From: Deltaproteobacteria bacterium
Lineage (GTDB): Bacteria; Desulfobacterota; Binatia; UTPRO1
Direction of reading: 5' to 3'
DNA: 64,000 nt
NCBI GenBank assembly: GCA_020852955.1
Contig: JADYZW010000016.1
Coordinates: 130,801 to 194,800, forward strand
Positions 34,284 to 45,944 of this stretch are shown here, piece by piece (position 1 is the stretch's first letter; every line of letters begins with the position of its first letter). A program made the position numbers and the translations under genes. The notes beneath the pieces are model-generated. The model searched no databases. It was not told the origin of the DNA and worked only from the letters and a program-made list of their open reading frames with translations.

Positions 34284-35069
34284 ATGGTAACCCGCCCGCA
34301 GCACGCCGGCGGACCGCCGGCGGCGAGTACGGCGCCCGAGCCGCCGTTCGCGGAGCGCGCGCGGACCCTGCTCCACGTCGGCCGCCACGGCGCACTCGCG
34401 ACGCACGCGCGCAAGCGCGTCGGATTCCCCTTCGCCTCGGTCATGCCCTACGGCCTCGACGCGGAGGGTCGGCCGACGTTGCTGATCAGCACGATGGCGA
34501 TGCACACGCAGAACCTCCTCACCGATCCGCGCGCAAGCCTGCTCGTGGCGCATCCCGGCTGGACTGCGGATCCCCTCGCGGGCGCGCGCGTCACCCTCGT
34601 CGGCGAGGTGCGCCGTCTCGAGAGCGGCGCGCTCGTCCGCGACGAGTACCTCACCCGCCACCCAAACGCGCGGCATTGGGTCGATTTCGACGACTTCGCG
34701 TTCTTCCGGATGGAGGTCGCCGACGTCTACTACGTGGCCGGCTTCGGGGCGATGGGGTGGGTCGATGCCGCCGAGTACGGCGCGGCCTCACCCGATCCGC
34801 TCGTCGACGTCGAGGCCGCGATCGTCGACCACATGAACGACGACCACGCCGACGCGCTCGTCGTCTACTGCCGGCACTACGCGGGCGTCGAAGCGGAGAG
34901 CGCCGCCATGACGAGCGTCGACCGTCTCGGCTTCCGCATCCGCGCCCGCACCGGCGATCGCCTGCAGGGCCTTCGCATCAACTTCCCGACCGAGGTGCGG
35001 TCGAGCGAGCAGGCCCGTCGAGTCCTGGTCGCGATGCTGCGCGAGGTGCGCGGCGACGACGCGCCCTGA
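34284..35069 (+). CDS. HugZ-like / pyridoxamine-5'-phosphate-oxidase-fold protein with a DUF2470 C-terminal domain
   Basis: The split-barrel region is HGALATHARKRVGFPFASVMPYGLD..GRPTLLIS. The C-terminal IVDHMNDDHADAL...VDRLGF is typical of DUF2470. Confidence 0.65.
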   Translation: MVTRPQHAGGPPAASTAPEPPFAERARTLLHVGRHGALATHARKRVGFPFASVMPYGLDAEGRPTLLISTMAMHTQNLLTDPRASLLVAHPGWTADPLAGARVTLVGEVRRLESGALVRDEYLTRHPNARHWVDFDDFAFFRMEVADVYYVAGFGAMGWVDAAEYGAASPDPLVDVEAAIVDHMNDDHADALVVYCRHYAGVEAESAAMTSVDRLGFRIRARTGDRLQGLRINFPTEVRSSEQARRVLVAMLREVRGDDAP

Positions 35070-35192
35070 TCCGCCACGCCGGGCGGGCCGAGCGCGGGCC
35101 GGGCGTGCGGCGCCGCCCGGCCGCGGAATCGCGGCTTGACGCTCGTCCGCCCCGAATGTATCCCTTCATCCGGCTCGACGGATATTCAGCCC

Positions 35193-36200
35193 ATGCACGC
35201 CACCGCCATCCCGGCCGTCTTCGCGCATCTGCCGGTGCTCGCCGACCTCACCCGCAGCCGCATCCTCCTCCTGCTCGATGGCCAGGAGCTGACGGTCGCC
35301 GAGCTCTGCGCGGTCTTGCAGACCCCCCAGTCGACGGTGAGCCGGCACCTCAAGGCGCTCGCCGACGGCGGCTGGGTGACGGCGCGCGCGGAGGGCACGA
35401 GCCGGAGATACCGGGGCCGGCGCGACGTGATCGATCCGTCGGGGCAGCGCCTCTGGCAGCTCGTCCGCGAGCAGGTCGCGAACACGCCGAGCGCGCTCCA
35501 GGACGGCCGGCGGCTCGAGCGCGTCCTCAGCGCGCGGCGCTCCAAGTCGCAGCAGTTCTTCACGACCTCCGCGGGACGATGGGACAAGCTCCGTGAGGAG
35601 CTCTTCGGCGACTCGTTCCATCTGGCGGCGCTTCTCGGCCTGCTCGATCCGGACTGGACGGTCGGCGACCTCGGATGCGGCACCGGACAGATCGCCGAGG
35701 CTCTGGCGCCGTGGGTGAAGCGCGTCATCGCGGTCGACGAGTCCGCGGCGATGCTCCGGGCCGCCAAGCGTCGCGTTCGAGCGCTCGCCGCCGTCGAGGT
35801 CCGGCGCGGCGCCCTCGAAGCGCTGCCGATCGAGGACGCCTCGCTCGACGCGGTGACGTGCGTCCTCGTGCTGCATCACGTACCGGCGCCCGAGCGCGCG
35901 CTCGCCGAAGCGGCGCGCGTTCTCCGCCCGGGCGGCCGGCTGCTCCTCACCGACATGATGCCGCACGACCGCGAGGCCTATCGCCACCAGATGGGCCACG
36001 TATGGCTCGGCTTCTCGGAAGCCGAGATCCAGCGCTATCTGGCCGACGCCGGCTTCACGGCGGGCCGGATCCACGTATTGTCACCCGACCCGAGCGCGCA
36101 GGGCCCCACTCTCTTCGCCGTCGCCGCCACGCGGCGTTCCACGTTCACCCGCCCCGCTCAGCGCACCGCGACGCGGGAGATCCCCACCACCCACAGCTGA
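35193..36200 (+). CDS. sahR: ArsR-type HTH fused to a SAM-methyltransferase-like domain (SahR-type regulator of the SAM cycle)
   Basis: The N-terminal ArsR wHTH is LADLTRSRILLLLDGQELTVAELCAVLQTPQSTVSRHLKAL. The C-terminal part has methyltransferase motif I (VGDLGCGTG) and LRPGGRLLL. It lies immediately upstream of ahcY. The track start at 35136 is a TTG that coincides with a -35-like TTGACG. Confidence 0.7.
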   Translation: MHATAIPAVFAHLPVLADLTRSRILLLLDGQELTVAELCAVLQTPQSTVSRHLKALADGGWVTARAEGTSRRYRGRRDVIDPSGQRLWQLVREQVANTPSALQDGRRLERVLSARRSKSQQFFTTSAGRWDKLREELFGDSFHLAALLGLLDPDWTVGDLGCGTGQIAEALAPWVKRVIAVDESAAMLRAAKRRVRALAAVEVRRGALEALPIEDASLDAVTCVLVLHHVPAPERALAEAARVLRPGGRLLLTDMMPHDREAYRHQMGHVWLGFSEAEIQRYLADAGFTAGRIHVLSPDPSAQGPTLFAVAATRRSTFTRPAQRTATREIPTTHS

Positions 36201-36215
36201 CGAAGGAGAATCACG

Positions 36216-37718
36216 ATGAGCATGCCCGCCACCAAACCCCCGACGGCGTTCGCGGACGCCGTCCGCTACGGTCGAGTGCCGTTCAAAGTCGCCGACCTTT
36301 CGCTGGCGGATTTCGGCCGCCGCGAGATCCGCCTCGCCGAGCAGGAGATGCCCGGCCTGATGGCGCTGCGCGCCCGGCACAGGGGCGAGAACCCGCTCGC
36401 CGGCGCGAAGATCATGGGCAGCCTCCACATGACGATCCAGACCGCGGTGCTGATCGAGACCCTCGTGGATCTCGGCGCCGACGTGCGCTGGGTGTCGTGC
36501 AACATCTTCTCGACCCAGGATCATGCTGCGGCGGCAGTGGTCGTCGGGCGGCCGGAGACCGGCGGCACCGTCGAGGATCCGCGCGGCACGCCCGTGTTCG
36601 CGTGGAAGGGCGAGACGCTCGAGGAGTACTGGTGGTGCACCAACGAGGCGCTTCTCTGGCCCGACGGCGGCGGTCCGAGCCTGATCGTCGACGACGGCGG
36701 CGACGCGACGCTCGTGGTTCATAAGGGCCTCGAGTTCGAGAAGGCCGGAGCCGTCCCGGCGTTCGATCCGGACAAGGACCCCGAGGAATGGGGCGTCATC
36801 CTCGAACTGCTCCGCACGGTGCAGGCGCGGGACAAGAAGCAGTGGCAGCGGATCGCGGGCGCGCTCCGCGGCGTCAGCGAGGAAACGACGACGGGTGTGC
36901 ACCGGCTCTACCAGATGCAGGAGGCCGGAACGCTCCTCTTCCCCGCGATCAACGTCAACGACTCCGTCACCAAGAGCAAGTTCGACAACATCTACGGCTG
37001 CCGCCACTCGCTCACCGACGGCATCTGCCGCGCGACCGACGTCATGCTCGGCGGCAAGGTCGCGTTCGTCGCCGGCTACGGCGAGGTCGGCAAGGGCTGC
37101 GCGCAAGCGCTCCGCGGCCAGGGCTGCCGCGTGATCGTCGGCGAGATCGACCCGATCTGCGCGCTCCAGGCCGCGATGGAAGGCTACGAGGTGAAGCCGC
37201 TCGAAGACGTGGTCTCGACGGCCGATCTCTTCGTCACGACGACGGGCAACGTCGACATCGTCACCGTCGAGCACATGAAGAAGATGAAGGACAAGGCGAT
37301 CGTCGGGAACATCGGCCACTTCGACAACGAGATCGACATGGCCGGCCTGAAGAAGGTCGCGGGCATCGAGCGCATCAACATCAAGCCGCAGTACGACGAG
37401 TGGCGCTTCCCCGACGGCCACAGCGTCATGATCCTCGCCGAGGGCCGACTCCTGAACCTCGGCTGCGCGACCGGCCACCCGAGCTTCGTGATGTCGGCGT
37501 CGTTCTCGAACCAGGTGATCGCCCAACTCGAGCTGCACCTCCACAACGACAAGTACGAGAAGAAGGTCTACATGCTGCCGAAGCACCTCGACGAGGAGGT
37601 CGCCCGGCTGCACCTCGATCACCTCGGCGTGAAGCTCACCAGGCTCACGCCCGAGCAGGCGGCGTACATCGGCGTACCCGTCGAGGGTCCGTACAAGTCC
37701 GATCACTACAGATATTGA
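36216..37718 (+). CDS. ahcY: Adenosylhomocysteinase
   Basis: Canonical AhcY sequence: [59 protein letters not shown]. An SD, GAAGGAG, lies upstream. Confidence 0.95.
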   Translation: MSMPATKPPTAFADAVRYGRVPFKVADLSLADFGRREIRLAEQEMPGLMALRARHRGENPLAGAKIMGSLHMTIQTAVLIETLVDLGADVRWVSCNIFSTQDHAAAAVVVGRPETGGTVEDPRGTPVFAWKGETLEEYWWCTNEALLWPDGGGPSLIVDDGGDATLVVHKGLEFEKAGAVPAFDPDKDPEEWGVILELLRTVQARDKKQWQRIAGALRGVSEETTTGVHRLYQMQEAGTLLFPAINVNDSVTKSKFDNIYGCRHSLTDGICRATDVMLGGKVAFVAGYGEVGKGCAQALRGQGCRVIVGEIDPICALQAAMEGYEVKPLEDVVSTADLFVTTTGNVDIVTVEHMKKMKDKAIVGNIGHFDNEIDMAGLKKVAGIERINIKPQYDEWRFPDGHSVMILAEGRLLNLGCATGHPSFVMSASFSNQVIAQLELHLHNDKYEKKVYMLPKHLDEEVARLHLDHLGVKLTRLTPEQAAYIGVPVEGPYKSDHYRY

Positions 37719-37723
37719 TCGCA

Positions 37724-37745
37724 GAGGGGGATCTCTCCCCCCTTT
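37724..37745 (+). terminator. Short hairpin plus T-run after ahcY
   Basis: GGGGGA-TCTC-TCCCCC followed by CTTTG, starting 6 nt after the stop. Confidence 0.35.
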
Positions 37746-37829
37746 GACCTCCGGCTCGCTCGCACTCGCGAGTGCTGACGCTCGGCCGCACGCTTGCGGA
37801 GAACCTTGGCGACCAGGCCCCGAAAAGCG

Positions 37830-37866
37830 AAAAGCCGGCGAGCCCCGCAAGGGGCCGCCGGCTTTT
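37830..37866. terminator. Bidirectional intrinsic terminator between convergent ahcY and metK
   Basis: The sequence AAAAGCCGGCGAGCCCCGCAAGGGGCCGCCGGCTTTT forms a long GC stem flanked by an A-run and a T-run. Confidence 0.65.
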
Positions 37867-37893
37867 CGCGCGGTTCGACGTCGTTCGCGCCGT

Positions 37894-39099
37894 CTACCGG
37901 CCGCCGGCGGCGGCTTTGGCGGCGCCGAGCCCCGCGGCCTTGCGCAGGTCCTCGGCGCGGTCCGTGCGTTCCCACGGGAAGAGGCCCTGGTCGGCCTGGC
38001 GTCCGAAGTGCCCATACGACGCCGTCGCGCGGTAGATCGGCCGCTTGAGGTCGAGCGTCTTCACGAGCGACGCCGGGCGGAAGTCGAACGCCTCGCGGAC
38101 GAGCGCGGCGACCTTGTCGTCGGGCAGCACGCCCGTTCCGAAGGTGTCGACCAGGACCGACAGCGGCTCCGCGAGGCCGATGGCATACGAGAGCTGCAGC
38201 TCACAATGGGTCGCGATCTCCGCCGCGACGACGTTCTTCGCGACGTAGCGCGCCATGTAGGCGGCGCTGCGGTCCACCTTGGACGGATCCTTGCCCGAGA
38301 ACGCACCGCCACCGTGCCGGCCGTAGCCGCCGTAGGAGTCGACGATGATCTTGCGGCCGGTGAGTCCGCAATCGCCCATCGGACCGCCGACCACGAACCG
38401 GCCGGTCGGATTCACGTGGTAGCGCGTCTTGGCGTCGAGGTACTGCGCGGGGATCGTCTTCTTGATGACTTCCTCGAGAACGAATGCGGCGAGCTTCTCG
38501 TGCGGGATGTCGGGCGAGTGCTGCGACGAAACGACGACCGAGTCGATGCGCACCGGCCGGCCGTTTCGGTATTCGACCGAGACCTGCGACTTGGCGTCGG
38601 GGCGGAGGAAGTCCGCCTTCCCGGACTTGCGGACCGCCGAGAGATTCTCGACGAGGCGGTGCGCCATCTGAATCGGGAACGGCATGAGCTCGTCGGTCTC
38701 GTTGCAGGCATACCCGAACATCAGGCCCTGATCGCCCGCCCCCTGCTCCTTGTGCAGGCCCTCTCCTTCGGTGACGCCCTGGGAGATGTCCGGGGATTGC
38801 CGGTCGACCGCGATCAGAACGGCGCAGGTCTCCGAGTCGAAGCCCATGTCCGAGGAGGTGTAGCCGATGTCCTTGATCGTGCGGCGCACGATGTCGGCAT
38901 ACGGCACGACCGCCTTCGAGGTGATCTCGCCCGCCACCACGGCCATCCCGGTCTTGACCAGGCTTTCACACGCGACCCGGCTCTGCGGATCCTCGGTCAA
39001 CAACGCGTCGAGAATTGCATCCGAGATCTGATCGCACATCTTGTCGGGATGCCCCTCGGACACCGACTCCGAGGTGAACATGAAATCCTTGAGTGGCAT
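37894..39099 (-). CDS. metK: S-adenosylmethionine synthase
   Basis: Canonical MetK sequence: [53 protein letters not shown]. Confidence 0.95.
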   Translation of the reverse strand: MPLKDFMFTSESVSEGHPDKMCDQISDAILDALLTEDPQSRVACESLVKTGMAVVAGEITSKAVVPYADIVRRTIKDIGYTSSDMGFDSETCAVLIAVDRQSPDISQGVTEGEGLHKEQGAGDQGLMFGYACNETDELMPFPIQMAHRLVENLSAVRKSGKADFLRPDAKSQVSVEYRNGRPVRIDSVVVSSQHSPDIPHEKLAAFVLEEVIKKTIPAQYLDAKTRYHVNPTGRFVVGGPMGDCGLTGRKIIVDSYGGYGRHGGGAFSGKDPSKVDRSAAYMARYVAKNVVAAEIATHCELQLSYAIGLAEPLSVLVDTFGTGVLPDDKVAALVREAFDFRPASLVKTLDLKRPIYRATASYGHFGRQADQGLFPWERTDRAEDLRKAAGLGAAKAAAGGR

Positions 39100-39127
39100 G
39101 CGAAAATCCTCCTGAGGTGGGTGGAAC

Positions 39128-39157
39128 CTTATACCGAGGCGTTTCGCGGAGCGTCAA
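39128..39157 (-). promoter_or_regulatory. Candidate metK promoter TTGACG-N18-TATAAG
   Basis: The minus strand reads TTGACG ctccgcgaaacgcctcgg TATAAG, about 30 nt upstream of the GGAGGA SD. Confidence 0.4.
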
Positions 39158-39199
39158 GGCGGAAACCCGGCCGCGCGACCTCCGCGCGCGCCGCGCGAG

Positions 39200-39505
39200 T
39201 CACGCGCTTTCGTGGAAACGCTGCGCGATCAGGTCCGCCAGGGCGTCGATCGCCTCCTCGGCGTCGGGCCCGGTCGCGACGAGCGCGAGCTGCGTCCCCT
39301 GCCCGGCGGCGAGCATCATGAGGCCGAGGATGCTCTTGCCCGCGACCGACTCGTCGCCGTTCGCGACGGTCACTTCGGCGGCGAACTTGCTCGCGGTCTC
39401 GACGAAGCGTGCGGCGGCGCGCGCGTGCAGCCCCAGCTGGTTGATGATCTCGACGTCGGCGCGCACCGTGTCCGCGTCGACGCGCTCTTTGCGGAGCAAG
39501 GTCAT
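39200..39505 (-). CDS. ptsH: HPr-family phosphocarrier protein
   Basis: GLHARAAARF (His-15 region) and GKSILGLMML (Ser-46 region). Confidence 0.85.
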   Translation of the reverse strand: MTLLRKERVDADTVRADVEIINQLGLHARAAARFVETASKFAAEVTVANGDESVAGKSILGLMMLAAGQGTQLALVATGPDAEEAIDALADLIAQRFHESA

Positions 39506-39927
39506 CGCCGGCGACGCGCGGCGCCTCCTTCGCCGTCCGCGGAGCTCGCGCGCAGGATGTGGTCGCGCCCGTAGTCGACAATGAACGCGGCGAGCTGCTC
39601 GACCGGCATCTCGTGCCGCGCCGAGATCACCTTCACGATCAGGGGCAGGTTCGAGCCCGTCACCACCTGGATACGCGCCTCGCGGGCGAGCGCCACGCTG
39701 ACGTTGGTCGCCGTGTCGCCAAACATGTCGGTGAGGATCACCGTGCCGTCGCCTTGCTCGACCGATGCGGCCGCAGCCGCGATCTTCGCCTTCAGCGTCT
39801 CGAGCGTATCGTCGAGCATGGCGCCGACCGCCACCATGTTCGGCACGGGATGCCCGAGCACGGTTTCGATGTTGCGCAGGACCGCGGGAGCCAGGGTCCC
39901 GTGCCCGACGAGTACGATGCCGATCAT
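39502..39927 (-). CDS. PTS EIIA component, mannose/fructose family
   Basis: The N-terminal MIGIVLVGHG carries the phosphorylatable His. It has ATGA overlaps with both neighbours. Confidence 0.75.
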   Translation of the reverse strand: MIGIVLVGHGTLAPAVLRNIETVLGHPVPNMVAVGAMLDDTLETLKAKIAAAAASVEQGDGTVILTDMFGDTATNVSVALAREARIQVVTGSNLPLIVKVISARHEMPVEQLAAFIVDYGRDHILRASSADGEGGAARRRR

Positions 39928-40774
39928 GACGAGCGATTCGCGTCTCGATGCTGCACCCGCACCGGGAACCCGTGCCCGGCCAATCGTCGCTCCAGTTCCA
40001 GCGCGAGCGCGACCGAACGGTGCCGACCGCCGGTGCAGCCGAGGCCTACCGTCAGATACCGCTTGCCTTCGCGAACGTACAGCGGCAGCGAAAAGTCGAG
40101 GAGCGCCGTCGTGAGCGCCAGGAATTCCTGGGTCTCGGTGCGCTCGAGGACATAGCGCGCGACCGCCGGATCGGTTCCGTCGAGCGCGCGCAGCTCCTCG
40201 ACGAAGAAGGGATTGGGCAGGAACCGCACGTCGAGCACGATGTCGACGTCGCTCGGGAGCCCGTACTTGTACCCGAACGAGAGCAGGAGAACGCGCATCG
40301 CCGCTTCGGCGCCGGCGGCGTCCGCGAGCAGGCGCCGCAGCTCGTCGCGCAGCTGGTGCACGGTGAAGGCCGACGTGTCGATGATCCGGTCGGCAATGGC
40401 CTTCAGCCCCGCCAGCCCGCCGCGCTCACGCGCGATGCCCGCGGCCACGTTGGAGCCGTCGGCGAGCGGATGCGGTCGGCGGGTCTCGCTGAACCGCCGC
40501 ACCAGCACGTCGTCGGCGGCGTCGAGGTACAGGATCTCGACGCGATGGCCGGCCCGGCGGATCTCGTCGAGGACCGTCGCGTAGTCGCCGAGGAAGGCGC
40601 GCTCGCGGAGGTCGATCCCGAGCGCGACGCGCTGGATGTCCTCCTCCGAGTTCTGACAGAGCTCGATGAACTTCGGCGTCAGCACGACCGGCAAATTGTC
40701 GATGCAGTAGAACCCGAGATCTTCGAGCACGCGGATGGCCGTGCTCTTGCCGGACCCGGACAGGCCCGTGACGA

Positions 40775-40787
<13 letters not shown>
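39924..40787 (-). CDS. rapZ: RNase adapter / P-loop NTPase RapZ (YhbJ)
   Basis: [30 protein letters not shown] and C-terminal GCTGGRHRSV. Confidence 0.88.
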
Positions 40788-41794
<1,007 letters not shown>

Positions 41795-41846
41795 TGGCAG
41801 GAGCCTCGCACCCTCCGCGTTCCGTAGAGCCGACGCGGCGGCGCGC

Positions 41847-42308
41847 TCAGTACTTCTCGTCTTCTTCCTTGATGATCGCGAAGAGCTGCTCCTGCGACCC
41901 GCCCGTCGCGAGGCGGTCGCGGAAGCTCTTGTCCTTGAGGAGGCGCGACACGCGCGCCAACGCCTTCAGGTGGACGCCGGCCGAGTCCTCGGGCGCGATC
42001 AGCAGGAAAAAGAGGCGCGTGGGATTCCCGTCGAGCGAGTCGAAGGGCAGCCCCTCGGCGCTGCGCCCGAACGCCGCCACCACGTTGCTCACGCCCGGCA
42101 TCTTGCCGTGCGGGATCGCGATGCCCTCGCCGATCGCGGTGCTGCCGAGGGCTTCGCGGTCGAGCAGCACTTGCAGCAGGCGCGCCCCGTCGATCTCCGG
42201 GTGGAGCGACGCGAGCAGGGAGGCGAGCTCTTGCAGCGCGTCGCGTTTCGTCGTCGCCTTCATCGCGGGAAGGATCGCGGCCGGCGCGAGGATGTCGATG
42301 ATCTTCAT
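41847..42308 (-). CDS. ptsN: PTS-Ntr EIIA (nitrogen regulatory IIA)
   Basis: REALGSTAIGEGIAIPHGK contains the active-site His. The gene is positioned between hpf and hprK. Confidence 0.85.
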   Translation of the reverse strand: MKIIDILAPAAILPAMKATTKRDALQELASLLASLHPEIDGARLLQVLLDREALGSTAIGEGIAIPHGKMPGVSNVVAAFGRSAEGLPFDSLDGNPTRLFFLLIAPEDSAGVHLKALARVSRLLKDKSFRDRLATGGSQEQLFAIIKEEDEKY

Positions 42309-42354
42309 GGGCGACCCGAGTGCGTATACCGCAGCCCGATCTCACGGGCAAAAG

Positions 42355-42942
42355 TCAATCCGTCTCGGGCTCGATGAGGCCGTAGTCCCCGTCCTTGCGC
42401 CGATACACGACCGAAAGCAGATCGGTCGCGGCGTTCCGGAACACGAGGAACTCGTTGCTCATGAGGTCCATCTGCATGACGGCCTCTTCGACCGACATGG
42501 GTTTCACGGGCAGCCGCTTGGTGTGCGCGACCTCCGGACCCTTGCGGCGCCCGAAGCTTCCGGCGCGCAACACGTGCATCCGGAGGCCGGGAAGCTCGCG
42601 CGCCGCGGGCGCATCGGGCGCGGCGACCTGCGCCCGGCGCGAGCGCGGCGAGAGCTTGCGGTTCGAGATCTTCCCGGTGTGCTTGCGAGCGCGATGCTCG
42701 AGCTTGTCTGCGGCGAGGTCGATCGCCGAGTAGAGGTCGCCGGTCTCCTCCTCCACCGTCATGGTGGTACGGTCGGCTTTCAGCACGATCTCGGCGATGT
42801 GCCGCCGCTTCACCACGGACAGGATCACGTGGGCGTCGATCGGCCGATGCACGTACTTCGCAACCCGCCGCACGCGCTTCTCGGCATACTCGCGGAGCGC
42901 GTCGGTCGCCTCCATGTGCCTGAAGGTGACGTTGATTCGCAT
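42355..42942 (-). CDS. hpf: Ribosome hibernation promoting factor, long form
   Basis: The N-terminus is MRINVTFRHMEATDALREYAEKR. The C-terminal dimerisation domain is KPMSVEEAVMQMDLMSNEFLVFRN. An SD, GGAGGAGGGAG, lies upstream of ATG 42942. Confidence 0.88.
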   Translation of the reverse strand: MRINVTFRHMEATDALREYAEKRVRRVAKYVHRPIDAHVILSVVKRRHIAEIVLKADRTTMTVEEETGDLYSAIDLAADKLEHRARKHTGKISNRKLSPRSRRAQVAAPDAPAARELPGLRMHVLRAGSFGRRKGPEVAHTKRLPVKPMSVEEAVMQMDLMSNEFLVFRNAATDLLSVVYRRKDGDYGLIEPETD

Positions 42943-42993
42943 GCTCCCTCCTCCGGGGCCTCCGCCGAGCACGGCGCGGCCCTCGCCCGCCCG

Positions 42994-44490
42994 TCAGGCG
43001 AACTGACGGCGCTTGGACGACGGCAGGATTCCCATCAGCTCCCGATACTTCGCCACCGTGCGCCGCGCAATGTCGATGTTGTCCTTCGCGAGCTTCTCGG
43101 CGATCGATTGGTCGCTGAAGGGGCTCGACGGATCCTCGCCGCCGATGATCTCCTTGATCTTCTTGCGCACGCTCTCCGCCGACACGTCCTCGCCGTCGGC
43201 GCCGCGGAGGCTCGACGTGAAGAAGTACTTGAGCTCGTAGATGCCCTGCGGCGTGTGAGCGTACTTGTTGGCCGTCGCGCGGCTGACGGTCGACTCGTGC
43301 ATGCCGATGTCGTTGGCGACGTCCTTCAGCACGAGCGGCCTCAAGTGCGACACCCCGTGTTCGAAGAACTCGCGCTGAAACTTGATGATCGACTGCGTCA
43401 CCATGTACAGCGTGCGCTGGCGCTGGTGGATGCTCTTGATGAGCCACGCGGCCGCCCGCATCTTGTCCTGGATGTAGCCCTTGGCCTCGGTGGAGTCCCC
43501 CTGGCCGAGCACGCGCCGATAGAACTGGCTCACGCGCAGACGCGGCAAGCCCTCGTCGTTCAGCGTGACGACGAGCTCCTCGCCCACCTTCTGGATGTAG
43601 ACGTCGGGCGTCACGTAGCGCACGTCGCCGTCGCCGTAGTCGCGCCCCGGCTTGGGCTCGAGCGTCGCGATCACTTTCTGCGCCTCGGCGATCTCGCTCG
43701 TGGAAACCTTGAGCTCGCGCGCGAGCTTGTCGAAACGCTTGCCCTCGAGCGCGGCCAGGTGGTCGCGCACCAGCATCGCCGCGAGCGAATCCCCCTGGCC
43801 GAGCTGCGCCAGCTGCAGGAGGAGGCACTCCGAGAGGTTGCGGGCGGCGACGCCTGGCGGGTCGAATCCCTGCAGGATCTTGAGGAGCCGCTCGGTCTCC
43901 TCGAGGTCCGCGCCGGCCATGAACGCGACCTCCTCGATCGGGAGCCTGAGGTAGCCGTCGCCGTCGAGGTTGGTGACGATGACGCCAATGATGGTCTGCT
44001 CGCGCTCGCTCAGGTCGGAGAGCCGAAGCTGCCACATCAGGTGATCGACGAGCGAGCTCGTCCGCACCAGCGTGTTCTCGAGCGCCGGGCGCCTGTCCTC
44101 GTCATGGTCGCTGGAGGATCCGGACGCCGCGTTGTGGAAGTCGTTGCCGTAGTTGTCGAGGTAGTCCTTCCAATCGATCTCGCCGAGCGCGTTCGCGGCC
44201 GTCACCTCGGGCGCCGCGTCCTCGGTCGGCTTCCACTCGTCCGCGCTCGTGGTCGCCACGGTCCCGTCGACCGTCGGCACCTCGGCCGTCTCGAAGGCCG
44301 TTTCGACCTTCTGCGGCGCTTCGGGTGCGTCCGCGACCTCCTCGAGCACGGGGTTCTGCGACATCTCGTCGACGATGAGCGCCTCGAGCTCCATGCGTCC
44401 GACCTGCAGGATCTTGATCGCCATCCGCAGCTGGGGAGTCATCACCAGCTGCTGCGTCAACTTCTGATAGAGCTTGGTTTCGAGGGCCAT
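42994..44490 (-). CDS. rpoN: RNA polymerase sigma-54 factor
   Basis: The N-terminal Gln-rich region I is LTQQLVMTPQLRMAIKILQ. The C-terminal RpoN box is ARRTVAKYRE. Confidence 0.95.
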   Translation of the reverse strand: MALETKLYQKLTQQLVMTPQLRMAIKILQVGRMELEALIVDEMSQNPVLEEVADAPEAPQKVETAFETAEVPTVDGTVATTSADEWKPTEDAAPEVTAANALGEIDWKDYLDNYGNDFHNAASGSSSDHDEDRRPALENTLVRTSSLVDHLMWQLRLSDLSEREQTIIGVIVTNLDGDGYLRLPIEEVAFMAGADLEETERLLKILQGFDPPGVAARNLSECLLLQLAQLGQGDSLAAMLVRDHLAALEGKRFDKLARELKVSTSEIAEAQKVIATLEPKPGRDYGDGDVRYVTPDVYIQKVGEELVVTLNDEGLPRLRVSQFYRRVLGQGDSTEAKGYIQDKMRAAAWLIKSIHQRQRTLYMVTQSIIKFQREFFEHGVSHLRPLVLKDVANDIGMHESTVSRATANKYAHTPQGIYELKYFFTSSLRGADGEDVSAESVRKKIKEIIGGEDPSSPFSDQSIAEKLAKDNIDIARRTVAKYRELMGILPSSKRRQFA

Positions 44491-44493
44491 GGC

Positions 44494-45222
44494 TCAGAGA
44501 CTGAAGCGCTCGCCGAGATAGATCTCCCGCGCCTGGCGGCTCTGGGCGATGTGCGACGGAATGCCTTCCTCGAGGATCGAGCCTTCGTTCAAGATGTAGG
44601 CGCGGTCGCAGATGCCGAGCGTCTCGCGCACGTTGTGATCAGTGATCAGCACGCCTATGCCCCGCTCCTTGAGTTGTCGGATGATGTTCTGGATGTCGAT
44701 CACCGCGATCGGGTCGATGCCCGCGAACGGCTCGTCGAGCAGCATGAACGCGGGCGAGATGACCAATGCGCGGGTGATCTCCAGCCGCCGCCGCTCGCCT
44801 CCTGACAAAGCGTATGCCTTCGTCTTTGCCAGATGCGCGATGCTGAGCTCTTCCAGAAGGCGCCATAACCGTCCCTGGCGTTCCTCGGCAGAAATCGGCA
44901 ACGTCTCCAGTATCGCAAGCACGTTTTCCTCGACCGTGAGCTTGCGGAAGACCGACGCTTCCTGCGGCAGGTAGCTGATCCCGGCGCGGGCGCGCTGGAA
45001 CATGGGAAGATCGGTCACGTCCGCGCCGTTCAGCACGACGCGTCCGGCGTCGGGACGCACGAGGCCGACGATCACGTAGAAGGTCGTCGTCTTCCCGGCG
45101 CCGTTCGGACCGAGGAGCCCGACGACCTCGCCGGCGGAGATGCGCACGGACACGTCGCGGAGCACGCGGCGGCCCCCGAAGGACTTGTCGAGACGCTCGG
45201 CGGTGAGCAGGGGCTCGGTCAC
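44494..45222 (-). CDS. lptB: LPS export ABC transporter ATPase
   Basis: Motifs present: [23 protein letters not shown] and [12 protein letters not shown]. The GTG start overlaps the lptA stop (GTGA). Confidence 0.92.
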   Translation of the reverse strand: MTEPLLTAERLDKSFGGRRVLRDVSVRISAGEVVGLLGPNGAGKTTTFYVIVGLVRPDAGRVVLNGADVTDLPMFQRARAGISYLPQEASVFRKLTVEENVLAILETLPISAEERQGRLWRLLEELSIAHLAKTKAYALSGGERRRLEITRALVISPAFMLLDEPFAGIDPIAVIDIQNIIRQLKERGIGVLITDHNVRETLGICDRAYILNEGSILEEGIPSHIAQSRQAREIYLGERFSL

Positions 45223-45944
45223 GGCTGAACGGACGCCGGTGTCGCGGCGGCTCGAGGGGGCGCCCCCGCGCCCGCGGGCGACGTCGGGACGGCGCGGATG
45301 GGAAGCGCCGTCGCCTTGGCGTCCGCGGCGGCATCGTCCTTCCCCGGGTAGAGGATGGCCTTCACGCGGGTGTTCGTCCCGCTCTCCACGACGCTGCGTT
45401 CCTCCTTGAGGTAGACGATGACCCGTTCGCCGGCGACCTGGTTCGGACCGTCGTGCAGCACGGCGCCGTCGCTCAAGGTGAACGTCTGCTTGGCCTGGTC
45501 GAAGATCGCACGCCGACCTTCGGCAAGCTTCGTCCCCTGCCGAATCCTCACGTTGCCCTCGGCGACGACCTCCTTGATCCGCTCGGCGTCGGTCCCAGCC
45601 CCCGGCCCGGAGGCGTCGACGGCCTTCGGATCCTGCGCGGTCGTCCGCTTGACGGCACGCGGGTCGTAGCTGATCGAAAGGGTGTCGCTGGTGAGGGTGA
45701 CGTCGCCCTGCGTCACCTGCACGTGGCCGCGATACAGGATGTTGCTGCTCTTGTAGTCGAGCTCGAGGGCGTCCGAGTCGATGCGCACGGGCCCCTTGCC
45801 GGAGCCGAGCGACAGACTCTGGAACAAGCCCCCGGTCGGGTTGGCGACTGCCGCCGCCGGCTTCGCGTCCTGCGCGTCTCCGGGTCCGACGATCGCCACG
45901 AGGAACGCGACGACGCAAACCGTCACGTCACGACCGATTCGCAT
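45219..45944 (-). CDS. lptA: LPS transport periplasmic protein LptA (OstA-like) with an Ala/Pro-rich C-terminal tail
   Basis: Has a signal peptide and an OstA fold pattern ([36 protein letters not shown]...). It sits between lptC and lptB. Confidence 0.8.
   Translation of the reverse strand: MRIGRDVTVCVVAFLVAIVGPGDAQDAKPAAAVANPTGGLFQSLSLGSGKGPVRIDSDALELDYKSSNILYRGHVQVTQGDVTLTSDTLSISYDPRAVKRTTAQDPKAVDASGPGAGTDAERIKEVVAEGNVRIRQGTKLAEGRRAIFDQAKQTFTLSDGAVLHDGPNQVAGERVIVYLKEERSVVESGTNTRVKAILYPGKDDAAADAKATALPIRAVPTSPAGAGAPPRAAATPASVQP

Noticed and set aside
39100-39199. Possible SAM or SAH riboswitch upstream of metK, and upstream of ahcY at 36201-36215
   Set aside because: The leaders are too short: about 30 nt after the metK promoter candidate, and 15 nt before ahcY. 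No conserved riboswitch core was recognised. Regulation by the adjacent SahR-type protein is the more economical explanation.
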